Assembly: GCA_041484625.1 (NCBI GenBank)
Contig: JBGPHY010000003.1
Coordinates: 1 to 39,771 of the forward strand
Direction: 5' to 3'
From: Terriglobia bacterium
GTDB taxonomy: Bacteria; Acidobacteriota; Terriglobia; Versatilivoradales; Versatilivoraceae
Length of the DNA stretch: 39,771 nt
Part shown: in pieces, positions 8,236-17,649 of the stretch
Position numbering within the stretch: the stretch's first letter is position 1
Layout: each line of letters opens with the position of its first letter
Translations under genes and position numbers: made by a program
Notes under the pieces: model-generated
What the model was told of the DNA's origin: nothing
What the model saw: the letters and a program-made list of their open reading frames with translations, nothing else
Database searches by the model: none

Positions 8236-8523
8236 TTAAGTACCCAGGGACCTGATTCTTTCCGCTGGGCTTTCGACCTGTGTGACGCGAATAGCGTAGT
8301 GGCCATCTGCAACTACCACTTCGCCCCGGGCCAACAGCCTGTTATTGACAAGGAGATCGACTGGTTCTTCTGCCGTGCGATCCAATTCAATCACTGATCC
8401 ATTTCCGAGTTTCAAAATGTCCTCGAGAAGCATCTCGGTCTGACCAAAGCGCACAGAGAGCGGGAGGTCAATATCCATGATGAGATCCAGGTTGACATTA
8501 GAGTCTTTGACCGCTTCGTCCAT
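8236..8523 (-). CDS. fliN: C-ring protein FliN (copy adjacent to fliM)
   Basis: NLDLIMDIDLPLSVRFG, LKLGNGSVIELDRTAEEPVDLLVN..LLARGEVVV. Confidence 0.95.
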   Translation of the reverse strand: MDEAVKDSNVNLDLIMDIDLPLSVRFGQTEMLLEDILKLGNGSVIELDRTAEEPVDLLVNNRLLARGEVVVADGHYAIRVTQVESPAERIRSLGT

Positions 8524-8547
8524 AGTCTTCCTTCTCCTGACCTGATT

Positions 8548-9603
8548 TCAAACGCTCGTTTCCGTGATGTCCAGGACCTTCACTGCCTTGTGATCCCGCC
8601 GGATGACTGCAGTACTCAAGAACTTCGGCTTTCCCCCGACATGAACGATAACTTTGTCGGTCGGAGTTCGGTCCAGCTTAATGACGTCACCGGGCTGAAT
8701 GGTGAGCAAATCTCTGACCGCGACGGTCCCGCCCGCAAATTCGGCTGAAACGGGGAGCCGCAGCATACTCAATGTCCTGCAAACTCTTCTCAAGTCTTCC
8801 TTGATGTTGCCTCGACCGCGTTCGCTGATCTCCTGCTCGAAATTCCCGCTGATCGGCTCGAGGGCAACAAATGGGACACACAGGTGCATCGTGCTTCGGG
8901 TCTCTCCAATCTTGACCTCAAATATAATCAGGATGACTACCTCATTGGCCGCGACCACCTGGAGCAATTGGGATCGGGTCTCGCTGGCGCGGAAGGAAAA
9001 ATCAATGAGAGATACCGGACGCCAAGTCTCCGCCAGGTTCGCCGTGATCAGTTTGACGACTCCCTGAATGATGTTTTTTTCAATTTCGGTGATGTTTCGG
9101 GTCAACTTCAGGACGCTGCCTGTTCCTCCCAGCAACCGGTCAATAATGGGAAACACAAGCTCCAGATTCATTTCCAGGGCTGCCATCCCATTCAGCGGCT
9201 TAATGCTGATGGCGCTGTAGTAGGTTGGATCAGACAAGGAGAGCAGAAACTCGGCGTAGGTAGTCTGTTCCACCGAAATCAGGCTAACTTCGGTCACGCT
9301 CCGCAGGTACGCCGACAGGGAAGAAGAGATATTGGTGCAGAACTTGTCGTGCAGGAATTGAAGTGAACGCAGCAGTGCTTTCGGAACGCGGTCAGGGCGG
9401 CGGAAGTTGTAGACTGTGACTCTCTTATTAATTCCGTATTGGCCAACGTAAGGTATCCTGGGGGGAGCAGTTCTGTCGGAAGACTGCGGGGTGGATGAAC
9501 TTGCGGTGCTGGCCAAAGCTTCCGCATTTTTGGAGGCCTCAGCCGGGGTATTGATCGACTTCAACAGAACATCCACTTCGTCTTGCGACAGAATCTTGTT
9601 CAT
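8548..9603 (-). CDS. fliM: Motor switch protein FliM
   Basis: ILSQDEVDVLL CheY-binding peptide, YNFRRPDR, IIDRLLGG.G, C-terminal SpoA domain. Confidence 0.97.
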   Translation of the reverse strand: MNKILSQDEVDVLLKSINTPAEASKNAEALASTASSSTPQSSDRTAPPRIPYVGQYGINKRVTVYNFRRPDRVPKALLRSLQFLHDKFCTNISSSLSAYLRSVTEVSLISVEQTTYAEFLLSLSDPTYYSAISIKPLNGMAALEMNLELVFPIIDRLLGGTGSVLKLTRNITEIEKNIIQGVVKLITANLAETWRPVSLIDFSFRASETRSQLLQVVAANEVVILIIFEVKIGETRSTMHLCVPFVALEPISGNFEQEISERGRGNIKEDLRRVCRTLSMLRLPVSAEFAGGTVAVRDLLTIQPGDVIKLDRTPTDKVIVHVGGKPKFLSTAVIRRDHKAVKVLDITETSV

Positions 9604-9611
9604 GTTACTCC

Positions 9612-10520
9612 CTAACCTGAGTGCTTGGGCTCCTGGGTGTCAGCCGGGCCAAACAAGACATTCCAAGCCAATCCTCCAGCTTCGGTCTTGTGGTTCCCGA
9701 ACTCTTGATGAAGCTTTTTCGCCAGATTCGTGAGACAGCGGGAGGCCGAGGCCTCTGGCAGCATATTAACCACAGGCAGCTGGTTTCGGACCGCTTCGAT
9801 TACATTGGGATCACGTTCAATGTAGCCAAACAATTCCAAGGGCTTATCGAGGAACCGGCGGGAGGCCGCGTCAATCTGGCGAAAAACACTCTGAGCTTCA
9901 CGTCGATCCACTACCGAATTCACCAGGATGTACACTTTCTTATGGGATTCCCGATGAGCCAGGATCTTGACGACCAGATAGGCATCGACAATGGCCGTCG
10001 GATCAGGAGCAGTGACCACGATGACCACACCTGCTGCCAGCAGGAGGTTGATCACGTTGCTGGAAATTCCCGCTGCTGTGTCGATAAGGAGATAATCCGT
10101 GTCGGCCCCAAGCTGGGATAAGCCCCGGATGAGCTTAACCTGTTGGTCGGCCGTCAGAGCCGTCATCCGCTCAATCCCCGAGCTAGCCGGAATGATGCGA
10201 ATGCCACTCGGCCCGTCCACCACAATTTCCTCCAACGCTTTGTCCCCGTATAGAAAATCACTCAAGTTATAGCGAGGAGCTAAGCCTAGGAGCACGTCGA
10301 TATTGGCCATGCCAAAGTCTGCATCCAAGACCAGCACCCGCTTGCCCATATTGGCCAGGGAGACTGCCAGATTGGCAACAACGTTGGTTTTCCCTACTCC
10401 CCCCTTGCCGCTGGTGATGGCGATGGCAACCGGTTGATGCCCGCCGGGAACAGGAATCCCGGAAGGCTCCAATCCGGACACTCTGACCGCTTCTCTGAGA
10501 ACGAAAGCTTGATCGTACAT
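9612..10520 (-). CDS. flhG: MinD-like flagellar number regulator FlhG/FleN
   Basis: ITSGKGGVGKTN deviant Walker A, LDADFGMANIDVLLG, IDTAAGIS, PDPTAIVDAY. Follows flhF. Confidence 0.95.
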   Translation of the reverse strand: MYDQAFVLREAVRVSGLEPSGIPVPGGHQPVAIAITSGKGGVGKTNVVANLAVSLANMGKRVLVLDADFGMANIDVLLGLAPRYNLSDFLYGDKALEEIVVDGPSGIRIIPASSGIERMTALTADQQVKLIRGLSQLGADTDYLLIDTAAGISSNVINLLLAAGVVIVVTAPDPTAIVDAYLVVKILAHRESHKKVYILVNSVVDRREAQSVFRQIDAASRRFLDKPLELFGYIERDPNVIEAVRNQLPVVNMLPEASASRCLTNLAKKLHQEFGNHKTEAGGLAWNVLFGPADTQEPKHSG

Positions 10521-10527
10521 TCCGAGT

Positions 10528-11865
10528 TCACCTCGCTCCCGCGCAAAGTTCGATGGCTTTTCGATGACCCTGGGTACTCACCGGGCGAGTCGGTGTCGGC
10601 ATTCCAACAAAAGTCTCCCAAGTCACATCCCCCATCCCCAGGGTCAAGCTCACCAGTTTTCCAGGATTGGGATTTAGGATGTCTCTGGGGACGTTTTGAC
10701 CTACCGTGACATACGCGAGCGGTTGTCCTGCTCGCAAGAGTTCATTGAATAGCTGACCGTACGTCTCCGTTTCATCCAGCTTTGTTACGATTACTGAGTT
10801 AGGTCCGAAAATCGTGTAGCGTTTCATAAGGTCGGATAAATCAGTCTGCTTCGTGGTGGCACTCAAGACGAGTGATTTATGAATGTGCTGAGACTGACTG
10901 AAGAATTGCGCAATCTCCGGCTGGGCCCCCAACTCCCGATGACCGCGACCTGCTGTGTCAATCAGAATCAAGTCCTTTGAGCCAAATTCCCCGATCGCTC
11001 CTCTCATCTGTGGAATTGTCTCGACCACCTTCGTGGGGATCCCGATGATTTCGGCATAGGTTTTCAATTGTTCGATGGCGGCAATTCGGAATGTGTCGAG
11101 AGTAATGAGCCCTACGTCCAGCTGGTCTTCCAATACGGCCCGGGCTGCCAGCTTAGCCAAGGTGGTGGTTTTTCCCACCCCGGTCGGTCCAACAAAGGCA
11201 ATTACTCGCGGACCCTTCCCGGGCCGTTCCTTGATCAGGTCCTTGGCTACCTTGAGCCGACGAGTCAAAGTCATCGCTGCTTTACGCTTCAGAGCTGCCT
11301 TCGCTGCCGGCGTCTTGGCACTTCCTCGGTGGGCGGTGCCGCTAATCAAGTCGTGAGCCAGTTCTTCATCAAGTCCCCGTGATACCAGGTCAGCATAGAC
11401 CTCAGCGCAAATTGTGTGCGAGAACGGGTGTGACATGCGCGAGATTGCAGGACGCGAGCGCTCTGATGACTCCGGCCTGGCCTGGATCATGTTCTTCAGC
11501 GAACGGATTTCGTCCAGCATGGTCTGGATTCCGACCGGGGGAAGAAGCTCCGACACGACAGGGCTCAGTTCAACTGGGGCGTGGGCTGGCTTGCTGCTGT
11601 TCCCCCGCTTGACCGCCTCTTCTGAAAACTGGACGTGGTCCTGAGATTTTTCTGTTTCCAGGGCAGGAGTGCGAACAGAGAGCTCCTCTTCATTGCCATG
11701 ATCCACAGCCGCTGTCACTTCAAAGACCCGCTTACCAAAGACTCCCAGTATCTTTTTCGGCTTGATTTCTTTGCCACTCAGGATGAAGGCGTCAGGCCCT
11801 AGGTCCTTCTTGATTTCTTCAAGAGCCTGCTTCATTGTCGGAGCACGATAGGTTTTCACTTTCAT
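10528..11865 (-). CDS. flhF: SRP-type GTPase FlhF
   Basis: MKVKTYRA.TM..AL..IK.DLG.DA.IL, GPTGVGKTTTLAKLAA, DTAGR, TKLDET, GQNVPRDI. Confidence 0.97.
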   Translation of the reverse strand: MKVKTYRAPTMKQALEEIKKDLGPDAFILSGKEIKPKKILGVFGKRVFEVTAAVDHGNEEELSVRTPALETEKSQDHVQFSEEAVKRGNSSKPAHAPVELSPVVSELLPPVGIQTMLDEIRSLKNMIQARPESSERSRPAISRMSHPFSHTICAEVYADLVSRGLDEELAHDLISGTAHRGSAKTPAAKAALKRKAAMTLTRRLKVAKDLIKERPGKGPRVIAFVGPTGVGKTTTLAKLAARAVLEDQLDVGLITLDTFRIAAIEQLKTYAEIIGIPTKVVETIPQMRGAIGEFGSKDLILIDTAGRGHRELGAQPEIAQFFSQSQHIHKSLVLSATTKQTDLSDLMKRYTIFGPNSVIVTKLDETETYGQLFNELLRAGQPLAYVTVGQNVPRDILNPNPGKLVSLTLGMGDVTWETFVGMPTPTRPVSTQGHRKAIELCAGAR

Positions 11866-11867
11866 GA

Positions 11868-13949
11868 CTAGCTAACCATTCCTAGAGAGATGACTTTGAC
11901 ATTGTTTGGCACTTCGTTGTGCGACAGGATGACGAGGTTGGGAAACATCCGTTCGGTTAACCGTCTCAATTGACTTCGAACATTGGCGGAAGTCAGCAAA
12001 ACCATCTTGGATTGAGCCATGGCCCCCTGGAAAGTGTTGTGGATTTTCTGCAACATGGATTGAATGGCCTTGGGGTCCAGGATCAAGTATGAGCCTTTGT
12101 CAGTGTGGGTGATCCCTTTAGAAATGATCTGCTCAAGGTCTGGACTCAGAGTAAAGAGCAGAATCTCCTCCTGTTCATTTTGGACAGACCGGCAGATGGA
12201 GCGCCCTAACGCCTGGCGCACGTACTCGGTCAACAGATCAGTGTCTTTGGTCATTACTCCAAAATCGGCCAGGGTCTCCAGGATGGTCGACAAATCCCGG
12301 ATGGACACTCGCTCCCGAAGCAGATTTTGCAGTACCTTTTGTATTTCGCCCAGGGACAGAACCTTGGGTACGGTTTCCTCTATCAATTTGGGGTGCGTCT
12401 CGTTCAAGTGATCGAGCAGGCCTTTAGCCTCCTGCCGTCCCAGCAGTTCAAAAGCGTGGGTCTTCAGAATCTCTGAAAGATGAGTAGCAACAACGGTGGT
12501 CGGATCCACCACTGTGTACCCGGACAACTGGGCGCGGTCTTTGTCATGGGGCTTAATCCACAGTGCCGGCAACCCGAAAGTGGGATCCTGGGTGGAAATG
12601 CCGGGCAGTGTCTCCCGGGCGGACCCCCCATTGATCGCCAGGAAGCTGTCCACATTTAACTCTCCGCGTGTAATCTCCACTCCCTTAAGCAGGAAGGAGT
12701 ACTCCTTCGGATTCAATTGCAGGTTGTCGGTGATGTGAATTGGCGGGATGATGACTCCGAGTTCAAGCGCCAATTGCCTGCGGATAGCTTTGACCCGGTT
12801 CAGGAAATCTCCCCCCTGGGTGGTATCCACCAGGCTGATCAGCCCGTATCCTACTTCAATCGCAAGAGTGTCGACTTTTAACAGGGACTCAATTCTTTCC
12901 GGAGGCAGCGCCTTCCGAGCTTGTTCATCCTTTTGTTTTTGAACCAGGAGAGCCGATTCTTTGCTCTTGATGTTGGAGAAATAGGCAATGATGCCAGTCA
13001 CGACGGCGAGAAAGAAGAAGGCCAGCTTTGGCAAACCGGGAACCAATGCAAATCCAAAAAGGACCCCCGCCCCAATTGCAACGGGCCGTGGGTTGAGCAG
13101 GAGCTGGCGAGAAACGTCTTCGCCCAGGTTGGACTCGGACGCAGCCCGTGTAGTGATCAAACCTCCCGAAACGGAGATCAATAGAGCGGGAATGGCGGTG
13201 ACCAGGCCGTCCCCGATGGTCAGCACGGTGAAGGTCTGCAGCGCCTGAATCAGTTCCATTTTGTGTTGAACGAGCCCGATGACGATGCCGGCGAATATAT
13301 TAATGCTGGTGATGATGATGGTGGCTACCGCATCCCGCTGCGTAAACTTGATAGCTCCGTCCATCGCCCCGTAAAACTCCGCTTCCCTCTGAATCTGCCT
13401 GCGGCGCTCTTTGGCCTCGGTTTCGTTGATCAGCCCGGAGTTCAAATCTGCATCAATAGACATCTGCTTTCCGGGCATGGCATCTAATGTGAAGCGGGCA
13501 GTCACTTCGGCAATTCGCGTTGCACCGTGGTTGATGACAATGTATTGGATAGCCAGCAACACCAGGAAGATCACAATGCCGACGACATAGTTTCCACCAA
13601 TCACAAACTGACCAAAGGACTGGATGACATGGCCGGCAGCAGCGAAACCCTCGTTGCCCCGGAGAAGGATGAGCCGGCTGGCCGCAATGTTCAGTGACAA
13701 GCGAAAGAGGGTAATCATCAATAATAATGAAGGGAAGACCGAGAAGCTGACCGGCTGATCGATGTACATGGATGAAAGCAATATGATGACTGAAAGCGTG
13801 ATATCCAGAGTAATCAGAAGGTCCAGCAACAGTGAAGGCAGTGGAACAATCATCACAGCAATAATGCAAACCACAGCCACCGGCATTACGAGATGAGAGT
13901 TCTTCGATAGCTTGGACAAAACCGATGATGTAAGCGTGCTCGTTTCCAT
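11868..13949 (-). CDS. flhA: Export gate protein FlhA
   Basis: FPSLLL..TLFRLSLN, RIAEV.ARFTLDAMPGKQMSIDADL, FYGAMDGA.KF, LTIGDGLV. Confidence 0.99.
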   Translation of the reverse strand: METSTLTSSVLSKLSKNSHLVMPVAVVCIIAVMIVPLPSLLLDLLITLDITLSVIILLSSMYIDQPVSFSVFPSLLLMITLFRLSLNIAASRLILLRGNEGFAAAGHVIQSFGQFVIGGNYVVGIVIFLVLLAIQYIVINHGATRIAEVTARFTLDAMPGKQMSIDADLNSGLINETEAKERRRQIQREAEFYGAMDGAIKFTQRDAVATIIITSINIFAGIVIGLVQHKMELIQALQTFTVLTIGDGLVTAIPALLISVSGGLITTRAASESNLGEDVSRQLLLNPRPVAIGAGVLFGFALVPGLPKLAFFFLAVVTGIIAYFSNIKSKESALLVQKQKDEQARKALPPERIESLLKVDTLAIEVGYGLISLVDTTQGGDFLNRVKAIRRQLALELGVIIPPIHITDNLQLNPKEYSFLLKGVEITRGELNVDSFLAINGGSARETLPGISTQDPTFGLPALWIKPHDKDRAQLSGYTVVDPTTVVATHLSEILKTHAFELLGRQEAKGLLDHLNETHPKLIEETVPKVLSLGEIQKVLQNLLRERVSIRDLSTILETLADFGVMTKDTDLLTEYVRQALGRSICRSVQNEQEEILLFTLSPDLEQIISKGITHTDKGSYLILDPKAIQSMLQKIHNTFQGAMAQSKMVLLTSANVRSQLRRLTERMFPNLVILSHNEVPNNVKVISLGMVS

Positions 13950-13964
13950 ATTCGTACCCTGAGA

Positions 13965-13980
13965 AGCACTTGGGATTCCA
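13965..13980 (-). promoter_or_regulatory. Sigma54 promoter candidate for the flhA operon
   Basis: Minus strand TGGAATCCCAAGTGCT (GG-N10-GC), 16 nt from the annotated ATG. Confidence 0.55.
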
Positions 13981-14192
13981 ACCGGTACACGGAACAGGAT
14001 TCTGAAAATGGTGGAGACTCCTGTAATTCATTGATTGTCCATAGGTTGCAGTTGAACTGAAAAAACCTTCAGCCCGGGTGATATGACCCACCCATTCTTG
14101 CCAGAATTTTGTCAGTCCAGGGACTGCAAGCGTCAAAATCTAGGCGCGCATTTGCTGTGGAATTGGAGAGTGATGCTCTGAGTTGTGAATCC

Positions 14193-14642
14193 CGAATATA
14201 CGACGAAACCATTCGTCGGGCCAGAAGCGATGGCCCTATGGATACCAAGCGGCTCGAATCCACCGAGGGTGAACACCTGCAGACCATGGATATCCTCAGC
14301 GATTTCTACCATGACAAACGGCAGGTGTTCTCCGCCAACCTTCCCAACAGTGGCGCGGTTGATAACTTACCAAAGGATGCGATTCTGGAACTGCCGGCCG
14401 TTTCCACCCAGGAAGGCATGATTCCCCTGCCTGTCGGGGAATTGCCCGTACCGATCACGGCGGTATTACTGAGACGTTTGGCGGCCGTGGAGGCCGCAGT
14501 GGAAGCAGCTCTGACCGGAAACCGGAAGGTAATGGCAGAGGCCTTGATTCTGGATGGCGGAGTCAGTGATTACAGCACTGCCCAAGAACTGACCGAGGCC
14601 CTGATAAAAGCCCAGGCTGTGCACTTGCCCCAGTTTGCCTGA
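14193..14642 (+). pseudogene. 3' remnant of a family 4 glycoside hydrolase (alpha-galactosidase/glucosidase type)
   Basis: ANLPNSGAVDNLPKDAILELPA..., GELP, VEAALTGNRK.MAEAL.LD and C-terminal HLPQF match the GH4 C-domain. The N-terminal NAD-binding domain is absent and there is no room for it. The 5' boundary is approximate. Confidence 0.8.
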
Positions 14643-14682
14643 AAAGCCTCTCCTGTATTACCGGGTTGTGGCGGTTGACGAG

Positions 14683-14711
14683 GGAAACGCTCACCGTGGC
14701 GTTTCCTTTTT
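14683..14711 (+). terminator. Intrinsic terminator after the GH4 remnant
   Basis: GGAAACGC-tcaccgtg-GCGTTTCC followed by TTTTT. Confidence 0.7.
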
Positions 14712-14768
14712 GAAACCGAGATACCTCATAACAGACGAAATCGAAAGGCCCCACTTCCCGGGCTCGAC

Positions 14769-15836
14769 TTACAATCTCCTGCTTTTGATTCGGTAGACGT
14801 AGGCCAGCACCTCGGCCACTCCCTTATAGAGACTGCCGGGGATGGCCTCGCCGATTTTTACCAGTTTGTAGAGAGCTTGGGCCAGCGGTTTGTTCTCCAC
14901 AACCGTTACATTGAACTCCTGGGCAAGCTCACGGATGCGCAGCGCCATATAGTCCTGCCCCTTGGCAACCACGACGGGGGCGGCCATGCTTTCTCTTTGA
15001 TAGGACAGGGCGACTGCAAAATGAGTAGGGTTGGTAATGACGACGTCGGCTTTGCGGACGGCTGCCAGCATCAGGCGCCTTGCCACTTCCCGCTGTCTGC
15101 GGCGGATCATTCCCCTAATCTCGGGGTTTTCCGTATTCTTGGCTTCGTCTTTGACTTCCTGCTTGGTCATCTTCAAGTTTTCTTCGAATTCGTGGCGCTG
15201 CCAAAAATAGTCAGCTACACCGACAACAAGGAATAATAGTCCACACCTGAAGGCCATCCGGTACAGGAGGATCGCCGTTTTCAAAAAGATGTCGACCGGA
15301 GCCATTAAGATGAATCGCGGCAACTCCGATTTCACATCGATGTAGGTGCCATAAGTGATGTAGCTGACCAGACCGATATACATCAGACTCTTGAGAAGTT
15401 CAATTCCGCTGTGCCCCGGCAGCAAGCGCTTCAGTCCTGAAATCGGATTGAGGTTTTCGAATCGAAAGCTTAATCGATGAGCGGTGAGGGTCAACCCACC
15501 CTGGGCCATGTTAGCCCCAATACTCAGGATCATCGTGGTCAGCGTGAATAGGAAGAGGGCCCTGGCTACATCGAGAGAACAGCGAGTCATGATTTCCTGA
15601 AACCGTTCGATCGTCATCTCGCGGGGAGCCGCACTTGAAAGCAGCCGGCGGAGCATCTCGGACAGATCCTTCACCAGGGAACTCCCAAGAATGCTGAACG
15701 CCCAGATAAGGCCCAGGAAAACCGCAGCAAAGGGGAGTTCCTGGCTTCGCGCAATCTGCCCCTTTTTGAGAGCTTCACCACGTCTTTTCCCGGTTGGCTT
15801 TTCGGTGCGGCCATCATTCCCGCGAAAGAGTCCCAT
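14769..15836 (-). CDS. flhB: Export switch protein FlhB
   Basis: TEKPT.KRR..A..KGQIARS.EL, LKMTKQEVKDE, autocleavage motif NPTH, VVAKG.D. Confidence 0.98.
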   Translation of the reverse strand: MGLFRGNDGRTEKPTGKRRGEALKKGQIARSQELPFAAVFLGLIWAFSILGSSLVKDLSEMLRRLLSSAAPREMTIERFQEIMTRCSLDVARALFLFTLTTMILSIGANMAQGGLTLTAHRLSFRFENLNPISGLKRLLPGHSGIELLKSLMYIGLVSYITYGTYIDVKSELPRFILMAPVDIFLKTAILLYRMAFRCGLLFLVVGVADYFWQRHEFEENLKMTKQEVKDEAKNTENPEIRGMIRRRQREVARRLMLAAVRKADVVITNPTHFAVALSYQRESMAAPVVVAKGQDYMALRIRELAQEFNVTVVENKPLAQALYKLVKIGEAIPGSLYKGVAEVLAYVYRIKSRRL

Positions 15837-15839
15837 GCG

Positions 15840-16622
15840 TCACCTGCCCAACAACATAATCAGGTCATTGATATCCCGAAAAAGGGCAGTTGAGAAACCG
15901 CGCATGGCCGTGGGAAGAAAGTAGAGGATCAAGCCTAGAGTAGATAGACCTACGAGGACTTTCAAAGGGAATCCAATCACCAGTATGTGAATTTGCGGTG
16001 CAGTCCGGCCTACCAGCCCGAGCCCCAGGTCGGTGAGCAGAAGCACAACTAGTATTGGTGCTGCAACCTGGAAGCCAATGATGAAAATCTTGCCAATCAG
16101 TTCCGTGATCCGAAGCATGAACGGGCCACTCAGGTGCATCCCAAATGGAGGCAGAATCCCGGTGCTGCGGGCAATCGCGTCAATAAACCAGTGATGCCCA
16201 TTGAACCCCATGAAGAGCATCATGCCGAGGAAGTTCTGATAAATGGCGAGAGTGGTGGATCGATTGGAAGTACTTGGATCCACCGCGTTAACAAAGGACA
16301 AGCCAATCTGAAATCCGATTAGCTGGCCTGAATACTGGAGCCCGGCAAACACGATATGGGCCGCAAAGCCAATCACCATACCGACCAGTAGTTCACCCCC
16401 CAGACCAATCAATAACGACCAGAAGTCCATGGGTATCGGGGGTAGGAACGATGGCGAAGCCAGTACCAGCAAGTAGCTGATCCCACAGGAGAGAAAAATT
16501 CGTACCGGCATGGGAACACTCACATTCCCCAGAAATGGAGTGAAAATGAAGATACCGCTGCATCGTGTCAGAAGGAACAACAAAGCCGGAATTCTCTCTA
16601 GAGGAACATCGAGCCCGTTCAT
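15840..16622 (-). CDS. fliR: Export gate protein FliR
   Basis: Polytopic. GQLIGFQIGLSF...DP, RTAPQIHI.VIGFPLK. Confidence 0.96.
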   Translation of the reverse strand: MNGLDVPLERIPALLFLLTRCSGIFIFTPFLGNVSVPMPVRIFLSCGISYLLVLASPSFLPPIPMDFWSLLIGLGGELLVGMVIGFAAHIVFAGLQYSGQLIGFQIGLSFVNAVDPSTSNRSTTLAIYQNFLGMMLFMGFNGHHWFIDAIARSTGILPPFGMHLSGPFMLRITELIGKIFIIGFQVAAPILVVLLLTDLGLGLVGRTAPQIHILVIGFPLKVLVGLSTLGLILYFLPTAMRGFSTALFRDINDLIMLLGR

Positions 16623-16888
16623 CGGATGTAGACAACGAAGTTGGAAAAGAGATTAGTCGTAAAAGCCACCATCTTGTGCACGGTCCAAGGGATGGTGAGC
16701 AGAAACACCGTGAAAACTACCAATGCGCGGGGCACGAAGGCCAGGGTCGCGTCCTGGATAGACGTGACGACCTGCAGAATGCTGATGGTGACGCCGATGA
16801 TCATGCCTGCAATGAGCATCGGGGCACTAACCGCGATCAGAGTTTGGAGGGATTGTTTTGCCAGAGTTAACAGGAGTTCTTCAGACAT
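16619..16888 (-). CDS. fliQ: Export gate protein FliQ
   Basis: ISILQVVTSIQDATLAFVPR, 89 aa, between fliP and fliR. Confidence 0.96.
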   Translation of the reverse strand: MSEELLLTLAKQSLQTLIAVSAPMLIAGMIIGVTISILQVVTSIQDATLAFVPRALVVFTVFLLTIPWTVHKMVAFTTNLFSNFVVYIR

Positions 16889-17639
16889 AGAAACTCTTCA
16901 CCAATGACCCGACAACCAGGTTCCACCCGTCCACCATGATGAACAGCAGGATCTTAAAGGGCATCGAGACCATCACCGGCGGCAGTTGCATCATTCCCAT
17001 CGAGAGCAGCACCGTTGCCACGACCATGTCAATGATCAAGAAGGGTAGGAACAATACAAACCCGATTTGGAAAGCGGTCTTCAATTCCGAGATCATGAAT
17101 GCCGGGATCATGATAGAGGTAGGAATGTCATCCGCGTTGCGTGGTCTCGGCTTCTTGGCAATCGATAGAAACAAACCCAAATCCTTTTCTCGCGTGTACT
17201 TCATCATAAAACCGCGCAGCGGCTTGATGGCCCGATTCAAGGCTTCCGTTTGAGAAATGGTCCCCGCGCTCATGGGTTGAAGGGCATCCTGGTTAATCTG
17301 TTCTACCACTGGCGACATGACAAAGTAGGTCAGGAACAAGGTGAGCCCGATAACGACCTGGTTCGAGGGTGTCTCCATGGTCCCCAAGGCTTGGCGGAGA
17401 AAATGGAACACTATGATCATACGGGTGAAAGAGGTAATCGAAACTAAAATGGCGGGGATGAAAGAGAGCAGGGTGAGAAACAGCAGGATCTGCACCGGAA
17501 TGCTGAGATTCTGCTTTCCGCCCGCCCCGTCCAGGTTGATGTTGATACTGCCTGGAATGCCCGTTCCCGATTGCGCCGGTGTTGCCGTTCGAGCCAGAGC
17601 CAGAAATATCAAGGTGAATAGGAGGAATCGTCGCAGCAT
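16881..17639 (-). CDS. fliP: Export gate protein FliP
   Basis: TSFTR.IIV..FLRQALG, PAFMISELKTAFQIGF, MGMMQLPP, FIMVDGW. Start moved to ATG 17639 (MLRRFLL..., signal peptide). Confidence 0.98.
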   Translation of the reverse strand: MLRRFLLFTLIFLALARTATPAQSGTGIPGSININLDGAGGKQNLSIPVQILLFLTLLSFIPAILVSITSFTRMIIVFHFLRQALGTMETPSNQVVIGLTLFLTYFVMSPVVEQINQDALQPMSAGTISQTEALNRAIKPLRGFMMKYTREKDLGLFLSIAKKPRPRNADDIPTSIMIPAFMISELKTAFQIGFVLFLPFLIIDMVVATVLLSMGMMQLPPVMVSMPFKILLFIMVDGWNLVVGSLVKSFYV

Positions 17640-17649
17640 CCAAGGCCTA

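Noticed and set aside
13453-14287. Alternative-frame ORFs 13453-14136 and 14069-14287
   Set aside because: They are out-of-frame overlaps of flhA and its promoter or antisense to the GH4 remnant, with implausible Cys/His-rich composition. flhA itself is intact, so no frameshift is implied.
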